A model generated the notes under the pieces. The model had not been told where the DNA came from, ran no database searches, and saw only the letters and a program-made list of their open reading frames with translations. A stretch of 64,000 bases of DNA from Thermoplasmata archaeon (lineage in GTDB: Archaea > Thermoplasmatota > Thermoplasmata > Lutacidiplasmatales > UBA184): assembly GCA_022750335.1 (NCBI GenBank), contig JAKIVX010000005.1:16119-80118 (forward strand), read 5' to 3'. This document shows, piece after piece, positions 1-7,812 of this stretch (positions are counted from its first letter, which is position 1; the number at the start of each line of letters is the position of its first letter). Position numbers and translations under genes: made by a program.

Positions 1-364
1 AGTTCGCACGGAGCGACCATGCGAGCAGAGTGTCGAGGAGCCTTCCCCCGATCCCCCGCCGACGAAACTCCGGATCCACCCACATCCCGTACACTTGAGG
101 GGTGGTATCTTTCGAGAAGAGCCCGATCATTCCCACCAATGTTCCGGTGCCGGTTTCGGCCACCCAAATCGACTCGTCTTCGGCGCTCGCCGAGCGTTGT
201 AGCCGAGAGGTCCATGTGGCCTCGTCATAGGCGATCTCGCGAGCCAGGGTGCTTCCGAAGGCCAGCGGGTCTTGGGTGAGCGATCGGAGTCGGAGAGACC
301 GGAATCCAGCGAGGTCAGAGGTCCGGATTCGTCGAATCGAGATGGCGTCCAAGGAACTACGCAC
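1..364 (-). CDS. GNAT family N-acetyltransferase, N-terminal part (gene runs off the left edge)
   Basis: Not in the ORF track. Hand translation of the minus strand gives ...IRRIRTSDLAGFRSLRLRSLTQDPLAFG...IWVAETGTGTLVGMIGLF...VYGMWVDPEFRRRGIGGRLLDTLLAW, with the GNAT acetyl-CoA motif R-x-x-G-x-G. An in-frame stop lies at 389-391. There is no ATG; candidate starts are TTG 376, GTG 364 and TTG 352. Confidence 0.55.
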   Translation of the reverse strand, partial: MRSSLDAISIRRIRTSDLAGFRSLRLRSLTQDPLAFGSTLAREIAYDEATWTSRLQRSASAEDESIWVAETGTGTLVGMIGLFSKDTTPQVYGMWVDPEFRRRGIGGRLLDTLLAWSLRAN

Positions 365-540
365 CCTCGATCCCAATCCCGGAGCGGCCTAAAGGAAAAC
401 CCCCCGTCGCCTCGGGAGGCACTACACCGGCGAATCGCGCGAGGGCCGTGCCGAGCACCGACAAGGGCGGGCGGACCTGGGCGTACGGGGAGATAGGGGG
501 GCCGGTACGCGCGCCGCCTCGGGTCCCTTCACACGTCCCG

Positions 541-610
541 TGAATCAAAATTTTTGTTGGCCTAATAATTAGTATAAGCCATAATATAGCTTCGGAGGAT
601 AGGTTCGGTC
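541..610 (+). promoter_or_regulatory. AT-rich promoter/operator region upstream of the DtxR-like regulator and metal ABC operon
   Basis: An isolated AT-rich island (tgaatcaaaatttttgttggcctaataattagtataagccataatatagc) in otherwise roughly 70 percent GC DNA. A TATA-like aatata sits about 25 nt before the GTG at 611, and there is an imperfect dyad around taataatta. Confidence 0.35.
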
Positions 611-1042
611 GTGGAGGCCCTACAGCAACTCACCCGACGACAGATCGACGCTCTGCGGGACATCGGTGCACGGGAGACCCCGGAGCGCGGTGTATCCCTG
701 AAGGTCACCGCCGCGTCGCTGAAGGTGCGACCTCCGTCCGCGCTCGGGCATCTCACGACGTTGGAGGAGATGGGGCTTATCGGGCGGCACCGAGGTAAAT
801 CACGACTTACACCCCGGGGTCAACGGACGCTCGCCGAGTACCAGCGACACCACCGTATCGCCGAAACCCTCTTCGGAAATCTGGGACTCGGGCCGGCCGA
901 AACCTGCGCGGCGGCCCGTGAGATCGATCTGGCGATTTCCCATAGGACTGTCGGGGAGATTTGCCGGGCGCAGCAGCACCCATCCACGTGTCCCCATGGG
1001 GAACCCATCGTGCCGTGTCATCCCACAAGCCGGGCCGGGTAG
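611..1042 (+). CDS. DtxR/MntR family metal-dependent transcriptional regulator
   Basis: 143 aa. It has a winged-helix N-terminus (SALGHLTTLEEMGLI) followed by a metal-binding/dimerisation-type segment (HHRIAETLF...EIDLAISH...CPHGEPI). It sits directly upstream of a metal ABC importer. Confidence 0.8.
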   Translation: MEALQQLTRRQIDALRDIGARETPERGVSLKVTAASLKVRPPSALGHLTTLEEMGLIGRHRGKSRLTPRGQRTLAEYQRHHRIAETLFGNLGLGPAETCAAAREIDLAISHRTVGEICRAQQHPSTCPHGEPIVPCHPTSRAG

Positions 1043-1071
1043 GCGGTTTGGAGTACGGGCCGGGAGGAGTC

Positions 1072-2211
1072 ATGGAAACGAATCTGAAGGTCGGAGTGGG
1101 AGTGGCCGTCGCCGTGGTCATTGTCCTCGTGGCCGCGGGAATTTATGCGGCCTACGTGCTGAATGCCGCCCCGTCGCCGTGCGTCGGGATTTCGACGCCG
1201 GTGGGCCCGACCCCCAACGTCACCGTCCTCCACACCGGGATTCACCCCCTCCCCACCTCTTCTGCCAGCACGCCTCAATCCCCCGCGACGTATTCCCCCG
1301 GCCCCGGCGATCCGAAGGGAACGGTGCCCCCTTCCGCCACCCCGAGTGTCGCCGGCCCGGGCCTGGTCATCAACGTGGTCGCCGGGGAGAATTTCTGGGG
1401 CAGTCTCGTGGGTCAGCTCGGGGGGACCCACGTCAACGTGACGAGCATCATCTCCGACCCCAACACCGACCCGCACGAGTTCCAGTCCAACGACTCCGTT
1501 GCGATCGCGATCTCCAGAGCTCAGTACATCATCCTCAACAACGTAGGCTACGATACGTGGGCGACCGAGGCCGTCGCGGGGGACGGGGCCACCGGCCAGA
1601 CCGTTCTGAACATCGGCGACAGCCTGGGTGTCCGTGTCACCGGGGGCATCGTGACGGGGAACCCCCACCTGTGGTACAATCCGACGTATGTGAACCAGAC
1701 CGTGGCCTGGATGTACGACAACCTCACCACCATCGCGACTGCGGACGGTTGGTCGAATCTGACCGGATACTTTACCGACCAGTACCACAACCTCACTTCG
1801 TCCCTGGCATCCCTCTACGACGAGGTCGGCGTGATCAAGCACGACTTCGGCGGCACGGTGGTGGCCGCGACCGAGAGCATCTTCGTCTACCTGGCGAACG
1901 CGACCGGGCTCAACCTGGTCTCCCCACCTGCGTTCATGGAAGCGGTCGCCGAGGCCAACGACCCGCCCGACGCGAGCGTCGTGACGTTCCAGTGCCAACT
2001 CGAGAGCGGGCATGTGAAAGTACTAGTCTTCAACGCGCAGACCGTGACCCCCATCACGACCAACATGAAGGCGATCGCCCAAGAGAGTAACGTCAGCGTG
2101 ATGAGCGTGACCGAGACGATCGTGCCCCCGGACACGACCTTTCAGGCATGGATGGGAGGCGAATTGAATGCGCTCTTCGTCGCGTTGGACGCGAACGCAC
2201 TCGGCCAATGA
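1072..2211 (+). CDS. Metal ABC transporter substrate-binding protein (ZnuA/TroA family), membrane-anchored
   Basis: The ORF 961..2211 was trimmed to the ATG at 1072 (METNLKVGVGVAVAVVIVLVAAG, a TM anchor). A P/S/T-rich linker follows, then VINVVAGENFWGSLVGQLGG..V.V..II..P..DPHEF and NNVGYDTW, typical of cluster A-I binding proteins. Confidence 0.8.
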   Translation: METNLKVGVGVAVAVVIVLVAAGIYAAYVLNAAPSPCVGISTPVGPTPNVTVLHTGIHPLPTSSASTPQSPATYSPGPGDPKGTVPPSATPSVAGPGLVINVVAGENFWGSLVGQLGGTHVNVTSIISDPNTDPHEFQSNDSVAIAISRAQYIILNNVGYDTWATEAVAGDGATGQTVLNIGDSLGVRVTGGIVTGNPHLWYNPTYVNQTVAWMYDNLTTIATADGWSNLTGYFTDQYHNLTSSLASLYDEVGVIKHDFGGTVVAATESIFVYLANATGLNLVSPPAFMEAVAEANDPPDASVVTFQCQLESGHVKVLVFNAQTVTPITTNMKAIAQESNVSVMSVTETIVPPDTTFQAWMGGELNALFVALDANALGQ

Positions 2212-2250
2212 GGTCCCGTACGCAGCCCCCGGCATGGAGGAACGCCTTCC

Positions 2251-3051
2251 GTGGCGGGTGAGATCGCTCGGGCGGACCATCTGGAGGTCGAGTACGGAGG
2301 CCACGTCGTCTGGAGCGACGCCAACTTCCGAATCCAACGGGGCGAGCTCGTCGCGGTCATCGGCCCCAATGGCGCCGGCAAGACGACCCTGTTCCGACTG
2401 CTCCTCGGGCTGATCCGACCCTCCCGCGGTGACCTGCGGGTCTTCGAGGAGGCACCGCGCCGGGGCAACCGGAAGATCGGCTACGTCCCGCAGAGCCACG
2501 CCGTGGACCGGGACACGAACGTCGAGGCGGTCCAGCTCGTTCGGCTGGGCTTCTCGGGGAACCGCTGGGTCCCAAACATCACTCCCCGCGGGATCCGGGC
2601 GGAGCGAAGCGCGACCGACGAAGCCCTCCGGTCGGTGGGGGCGACCGAGCTGGCGAAGAAGTCCCTCGGCGCCATGTCGGGCGGCGAGCTGCAGCGGATC
2701 TTCCTCGCCGAGGCCCTCGCGGGCTCGCCCGAGCTCCTCCTGCTGGACGAACCGCTTGCGAGCCTCGACCTCCGACGGGCGAAGGAGCTGGTCGACCTGG
2801 TCGACGGCCTCGTCCGGACCCGGAACGTGGCCACCCTGCTGGTCGCCCACGACATCAACCCGCTTATCCACTGCCTGGACAAGGTCATCTACATCGCGAA
2901 CGGCCAGGTCGCGACCGGACTGCCGTCCGAAGTGCTGACGACCGAGAGCCTGAGCGCGCTGTACGGCGTACGGGTCGAGGTGCTCCACGACTCCCGTGGC
3001 AACATGGTGATCGTCGGGGGTGAGGACTCCCATCCGGACTCGGAACCATGA
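2251..3051 (+). CDS. Metal ABC transporter ATP-binding protein
   Basis: Walker A GPNGAGKTT, signature MSGGELQR, Walker B LLLLDEP. GTG start. Confidence 0.9.
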   Translation: MAGEIARADHLEVEYGGHVVWSDANFRIQRGELVAVIGPNGAGKTTLFRLLLGLIRPSRGDLRVFEEAPRRGNRKIGYVPQSHAVDRDTNVEAVQLVRLGFSGNRWVPNITPRGIRAERSATDEALRSVGATELAKKSLGAMSGGELQRIFLAEALAGSPELLLLDEPLASLDLRRAKELVDLVDGLVRTRNVATLLVAHDINPLIHCLDKVIYIANGQVATGLPSEVLTTESLSALYGVRVEVLHDSRGNMVIVGGEDSHPDSEP

Positions 3052-3938
3052 CCGACATCACGTGGGTCTGGTGGGGATGGAACATCGTCTACGACCTCCG
3101 AGTGATGCTTCAATACGAGTTCGTGCGCAACGCGTTCGAGGCCGGTACCGTCATCGCGATCCTCGCCGGGGTGGTGAGCTACCTGGTGGTCCTGCGTCGA
3201 TCTTCGTTCGCCGCCCATGCGCTCGGGCATGTCGGGTTTTCCGGGGCGGCCGGGGCTGTGCTCTTTGGCGTCGCTCCGATCTACGGGTTGCTCCTGTTCA
3301 CCACGACCTCGGGAAGCGGTATCGCCCTTCTCGGGCAGAAGGCCTCCCACCGGGACGTCGAGATCGGTACCGTGCTTGCGTTCATGCTCGGGCTGGGCCT
3401 GCTCTTTCTCTCGTTCTACAATGGGTTCGCCACGGAAGCGTACTCGATCCTCTTCGGCTCGATCGTCGGCATCAGCAATAGCCAAGTCGTGTTCACCGTC
3501 GAGACGAGCCTGGCCGTCCTGGCGGTCCTGGCCGTGGTCTATCGGCAACTCCTCTTCGCGTCGCTGGACGAGGAAGTGGCCGAAGCGAAAGGGATGCACA
3601 CGCTGGTCCTCGGCGTGATCTTCATGCTCGCATTGGCCGTGGCCATCTCGATCGCGGTGACGATCATCGGCGTGCTCCTCATCTTCGCTCTGACCGTCAC
3701 CCCGGCGGCCATCGCGATCCGATTGTCCAGGCGACCGCTGGTGGCGGTCCTCATTTCGGTGCTCGTGGCGCTGTTCGCCACTTGGGCCGGGATTTTCATC
3801 GCCTTCTACGAAGTGGAACCGACCAGTTTCTTCATCGTCACCATCGTGTTCGTCCTCTACGTCATCGTCCGGATCCTACCGTTTCTACCTCGGACGAAGT
3901 CTAGGCGGGCGGTCGAGGGCCACGGCCAGGGAGCCTAA
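3048..3938 (+). CDS. Metal ABC transporter permease (ZnuB/TroC family)
   Basis: 296 aa polytopic membrane protein. It has a 4-nt overlap with the upstream ATPase gene. ABC-3 type hydrophobic profile. Confidence 0.85.
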   Translation: MTDITWVWWGWNIVYDLRVMLQYEFVRNAFEAGTVIAILAGVVSYLVVLRRSSFAAHALGHVGFSGAAGAVLFGVAPIYGLLLFTTTSGSGIALLGQKASHRDVEIGTVLAFMLGLGLLFLSFYNGFATEAYSILFGSIVGISNSQVVFTVETSLAVLAVLAVVYRQLLFASLDEEVAEAKGMHTLVLGVIFMLALAVAISIAVTIIGVLLIFALTVTPAAIAIRLSRRPLVAVLISVLVALFATWAGIFIAFYEVEPTSFFIVTIVFVLYVIVRILPFLPRTKSRRAVEGHGQGA

Positions 3939-3939
3939 C

Positions 3940-4169
3940 GAGATCCCCGTCCACTGCGTGGACAGCGCGAACGGTTCGGGAAGGAAAGTCGGTCCACCTA
4001 CGATTCCCCATGCGTGAGTCCGGCCTCCGCGGGCGAGGGTGAATCCAGCCCTCGATCGGAAGGTCCGGCGGTTCGCCCCGACGCGGGGGGAAGCACCGGG
4101 AGCACCCGTGGGGAGTCCTAGGACCCGCGTCGAGCCGGACTCGGGATTGGACCTCGCCTCGCCAGAAGG
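3940..4169 (+). ncRNA. Candidate structured RNA, possibly a compact RNase P RNA (strand and ends uncertain)
   Basis: Non-coding spacer carrying the exact CR-I core AGGAAAGTC (3982-3990). Perfect hairpins lie at 3949-3963, 4034-4054 and 4076-4088. There is a long-range pairing 4002-4010/4109-4117, a P4-like partner CCGGACT (4135-4141) and P2-like GATCCC/GGGATT (3942-3947/4143-4148). It is shorter than typical type A RNase P RNAs. Confidence 0.3.
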
Positions 4170-4272
4170 TAGCGGGGCATGGATTTGAACCATGGATCTA
4201 CGGGTTATGAGCCCGTCGGGATTTCAGGACGGCCGGGATTCCCGGACGTTTTCCTGACTACCCTACCCCGCT
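4170..4272 (-). tRNA. tRNA-Met(CAU), initiator-like, with an intron-like insertion of about 28 nt in the D-loop
   Basis: Minus strand reads AGCGGGG-TA-GGGT...TCCC-G-ACGGG-CTCATAA-CCCGT-AGATC-CATGG-TTCAAAT-CCATG-CCCCGCT-A. It has an A1:U72 acceptor end and GGG/CCC closing the anticodon stem. The D-loop region is 38 nt instead of about 8-11 and contains the hairpin CCGGGAATCCCGG. Confidence 0.8.
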
Positions 4273-4430
4273 GCGGCGCGGCCATGGAGGCCTCTGTATA
4301 TGAGCTTCGACCTGAGCTGCGAACGACGAGGCTCCCTCCTCGCCCCGCGCTCCCGCGAGGGGCAGTGCCGGTTCGTAGGAACCGCGCGTGACCACAACGA
4401 CATTTACCCCTCCAGATCGAATTGTAGTGC

Positions 4431-5465
4431 ATGCGTCTCGGCGCGTTCTCCGTCGTAGAGTCCCGGCCGGCGATCGACGGGGCGGACCCTAATGGACGGT
4501 ACGATGAACTCCTACGACTGATCGAGACCGCCGATCGGTCGGGTCTCGCCTCCTTCTGGGTCGCGGAGCACCACTTCCAATCGAGCGGCCTTTGTCCCGC
4601 ACCGCCCGTCCTTCTCGCTGCCGCCGGTCAACGGACCTCGAGGATCCGACTCGGCTCGCTCGTGTGCGTGCTGCCGTTCCATCGGCCGATCGATGTGGCC
4701 GAGGAGTACTCCCTTCTCGATGTACTCCTCCATGGGCGCCTCAACTTCGGGATCGGCTCGGGGTATGTACCGCTGGAGCTCGAGGGGTTCGGCGTTTTGG
4801 CGTCCGCCAAACGGGAGGCGTTCGACCGAAACCTCGCCGAGGTTCGGGCGGCATTCTACGGCGAGCCGATCCAAATCGAAGGCGGCGGGTGCGTGCGGAT
4901 AAACGTTCGCTCCCCCCAAGTCCCTCATCCGCCGATCTGGGTCGCCGCCCAAAGGCGCGAGAGCGTCGCCCCGATCGCCCGAGCGGGTCTCGGGTTGGCC
5001 CTCCTCCCGTACGCGACCTTCCGGGACCGTTCGGACCTCGGCGCCGCCGTTCAGGAGTACCGGCGGGCCTTGCCTCCAGGGGTCCCGGGGTCGGTCTCGA
5101 TCGCGCTCCCGATGTATGTGGGGGAGGATTCCGCCCGGGCGCACCGAGCCTTGGACCGTCACCTCGCCAGTCGGGCCGCCGCCTCGGAGGGGTTCTTCGA
5201 GGGGGCGGTTCGACGGGGCCCCTCGACGCTCTCCGCCGCCGCGGTCGCCCGGTCGGGCTTCTCCGTCTTCGGACCCTCCGACACCGTGGCGGACGCACTC
5301 GAGGAGTTCGAACGGTTGGGGGTCGACGAGGTTCTCGGAATGTTCGATATCGGCGACCTCCCGGTCCCGGAGGTCGTCCAGTCGATTCGACGGGCCGCGA
5401 CCGCCCGGGCCCGCGTCGTCGGGATGGCCCCGACCGCGTGGATCCGACCGATGCGGGCCTATTGA
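4431..5465 (+). CDS. LLM class (luciferase-like) flavin/F420-dependent oxidoreductase
   Basis: 344 aa. Motifs FWVAEHHF and NFGIGSGY, with a TIM-barrel LLM-like layout. Confidence 0.8.
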   Translation: MRLGAFSVVESRPAIDGADPNGRYDELLRLIETADRSGLASFWVAEHHFQSSGLCPAPPVLLAAAGQRTSRIRLGSLVCVLPFHRPIDVAEEYSLLDVLLHGRLNFGIGSGYVPLELEGFGVLASAKREAFDRNLAEVRAAFYGEPIQIEGGGCVRINVRSPQVPHPPIWVAAQRRESVAPIARAGLGLALLPYATFRDRSDLGAAVQEYRRALPPGVPGSVSIALPMYVGEDSARAHRALDRHLASRAAASEGFFEGAVRRGPSTLSAAAVARSGFSVFGPSDTVADALEEFERLGVDEVLGMFDIGDLPVPEVVQSIRRAATARARVVGMAPTAWIRPMRAY

Positions 5466-5523
5466 AGAATAGCCCAAGGGGGAAGAAAGAAAGGGTTGGC
5501 CCGGGGGAGGATACGAGTCCCCG

Positions 5524-5682
5524 CTAGGGGTGCTTCGACATCTTCAGGATGTCCGCGTCGGGTACATCCTTCTGATGCGTGTGCTGCATGTGCCAGTGGA
5601 CCGTCGCCAAGAGCTCCTTCTGGTCCTTCGTCACAACTTCGAATCCGTCCTCGCACTCCACCTTCATCCTTCCGCATCCCAT
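5524..5682 (-). CDS. Small DUF1059-like protein (52 aa; alternative start at 5667)
   Basis: Below the ORF-track size cutoff. Hand translation gives MGCGRMKVECEDGFEVVTKDQKELLATVHWHMQHTHQKDVPDADILKMSKHP. This resembles small DUF1059 proteins (C..G f.v...t.eEl...v..H...H). Confidence 0.4.
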   Translation of the reverse strand: MGCGRMKVECEDGFEVVTKDQKELLATVHWHMQHTHQKDVPDADILKMSKHP

Positions 5683-5811
5683 GGTTTTCACTCGGTCCGC
5701 CGCTCAGCGGACAGGCGTGACATGCAGGCCCGGGATATAGGTCCATGTTGTGTCGCCCATCTACAACTTGCGGCGCTTCCTCGAGAGGAACCGGGCCAAG
5801 TCGCCGCCTGA

Positions 5812-6672
5812 CTACCGCACGGTGAATCGCGGAGGGCCCTTCGAGCGCTTCCCGGGCCCGGGGCGGGGGGCCCGCCAGGTGGCCGGACCGGCCCGTTCCC
5901 ACATCCCGTCGAAATAGAGGCTCTGACTTCGAATGAAGTCCGGATTATCAGTCCAGATCGCCACTTCCTGGACCCCCCGCGCCTGTCCGTTCGGGACCGG
6001 GAAGATGAGCACCTCCCGATCGTCCACGATCGTCACGCGCGCGGATTGGGGGAAGAGTTGGCGGATCTCGAGCGCCGGATACCGTCGGCTCGACCGGGAA
6101 AACCCCTGGAGGGTGAGCCGGATCCGTGGGTCGGACTCCACGATCATCCGGAACCGCCCTCCCGCGCGGAGGAAGCGGGGGAATTCGTCCGGGATCCCGT
6201 ACTCGATCGACCGCCGCATGCCACCGTGCGTGATCATCACCGCGAGACTCGCCCGCGCCCGCTTCACCATCTCCCGAAGCAGCGGGTAGATCCCTGGGGC
6301 GCCGGGCAGGACCTGGAATCGGGGGGCGTCGCCATCTCCCCGCTCGCCCAAGGTCGGCAGCAACGCGGTCAGGGCGGTCGCCAGCTTCTCGTCCTCGACC
6401 ACGGCAGATCGTTTTGATTCCAAGTGTTCGTCAAAGAGGGCCCGAGGAAGAATGGGGACGTAGCGTCGGGGGCGTTCGGCGGTCACGGTGACGGTGCCGC
6501 GGGCTCGGAGAGCGTCGAGGGTCCGGTACGCGATCACGCGGTCGGACCCCGCCTCCCGCGCGGCCTCGGGGGCGGTCGACGGACCCAATTGGAGCAGCGC
6601 CAGATAGAGCTGGGCCTCCCGATCGTTCAAGCCGAATCGGGCGAGGGATCGAAGGAGCTCGGTACGGTCCAT
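5812..6672 (-). CDS. TrmB family transcriptional regulator
   Basis: N-terminal HTH LARFGLNDREAQLYLALLQLGPSTAPEAAREAGSDRVIAYRTLDALRARG plus a TrmB C-terminal domain-length extension. Confidence 0.8.
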   Translation of the reverse strand: MDRTELLRSLARFGLNDREAQLYLALLQLGPSTAPEAAREAGSDRVIAYRTLDALRARGTVTVTAERPRRYVPILPRALFDEHLESKRSAVVEDEKLATALTALLPTLGERGDGDAPRFQVLPGAPGIYPLLREMVKRARASLAVMITHGGMRRSIEYGIPDEFPRFLRAGGRFRMIVESDPRIRLTLQGFSRSSRRYPALEIRQLFPQSARVTIVDDREVLIFPVPNGQARGVQEVAIWTDNPDFIRSQSLYFDGMWERAGPATWRAPRPGPGKRSKGPPRFTVR

Positions 6673-6772
6673 GGATCCCGCGGGGGCGACCTCGGAACCC
6701 GTGTAGCTCTTTGTGCATACAAAGGCTACCTAGCACCCGGCCCCCGAACGGGGCACCATCGCGTTCCCGGGT

Positions 6773-7537
6773 TCAGAGCGCGTTGACGAGGAACCCGAGC
6801 ACGAAGCCCGCCAAGATCCCGAGGTAGATGAGCCGCTGCTTCGCATAGCTCGCGTCAGGCGTCTCGGCGGGACGGAATGCGACGCGGAGCATGGGCAGGA
6901 TGCAGTAGAGGATCGCTCCGATCGCGAGCGCGTCAAAGGTCACGTCGAGGAGTGGACTATTGTAGAAGTATCCGAGGATCCCGCCCAGTACGGTGGGGAG
7001 TCCTCCGACGAGGAACAAGGCGGCCAGCACCCCGATCTTCCGCTCATTCTTCCCGAGTAGCGGCGCGGTGATCGGGAACCCTTCGGTGACATTCTGCAGG
7101 AAGAAGCCGACAAAGATGACCGTCAGCAACCCCACGATCCCCACCGCCCAGATCGCCCCAAAGACCAGCCCCTCGGTGAGGTTCTGAAATCCGATGGCCG
7201 CGGCGATGACCAACGCGAGGCCTCTCGGGCTCAACGTGCTTTGTTTCGACCGATGCTCCGCAAAGAAGAGTACGAGGAAGCAGGCGACCGACGCCACGAC
7301 GAACGCCGCCGCATACTCCGGATCGGCCAGGTACGGGCTGGCCGGGTTGGTGTAGATGATCGTCGAGGCGTCGGAGAACACATCCGCCAGGAGGAAAACC
7401 AGGATGCCAATCGCCACCGCATTGAGCAAGGTGATCGTCCGCGAGGCCAACGATTTGGCCAGCACGATGGGAAGGGAGAGGTAGATCGAGAGCCCCATGA
7501 TGGCCGACAGGACGACCAGTTCCGGGAAGTTCGCCAT
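6773..7537 (-). CDS. zupT: ZIP family divalent metal transporter
   Basis: 254 aa, multiple TM segments. Motifs FQNLTEGL and LQNVTEGFPI are characteristic of ZIP/ZupT. Confidence 0.8.
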   Translation of the reverse strand: MANFPELVVLSAIMGLSIYLSLPIVLAKSLASRTITLLNAVAIGILVFLLADVFSDASTIIYTNPASPYLADPEYAAAFVVASVACFLVLFFAEHRSKQSTLSPRGLALVIAAAIGFQNLTEGLVFGAIWAVGIVGLLTVIFVGFFLQNVTEGFPITAPLLGKNERKIGVLAALFLVGGLPTVLGGILGYFYNSPLLDVTFDALAIGAILYCILPMLRVAFRPAETPDASYAKQRLIYLGILAGFVLGFLVNAL

Positions 7538-7812
7538 GCGCCTTCGACGGGGTCGGGAACCCGGAGCAATTAAGCGTTACAGTGTGATGGAAGGGGCCCC
7601 GGTCATCACGTTGAGAGCAGAGACATCTCGCCTCGTTTCGCCCGCGTGGCCTTACCACGCCCCGACGAACTCGCCGAGGAGGATCGTCGAGTCTCTCGGG
7701 CAAACCGGAACAAAACCATTCCAATCGAAATCGAAGCCGTACGTGCATTGTGATGAGGGGTGCGCTGCATGGGTCCTTTGCGCTCGAGCTGGACCGTGAG
7801 GATCGTCAGAAG

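Noticed and set aside
3940-4169. SRP (7S) RNA as the identity of the structured spacer.
   Set aside because: Neither strand shows the helix-8 GGAA/AGCA-type motif (…CCGGAAGGGAGCA…). The only strongly conserved motif present is the RNase P CR-I 9-mer.
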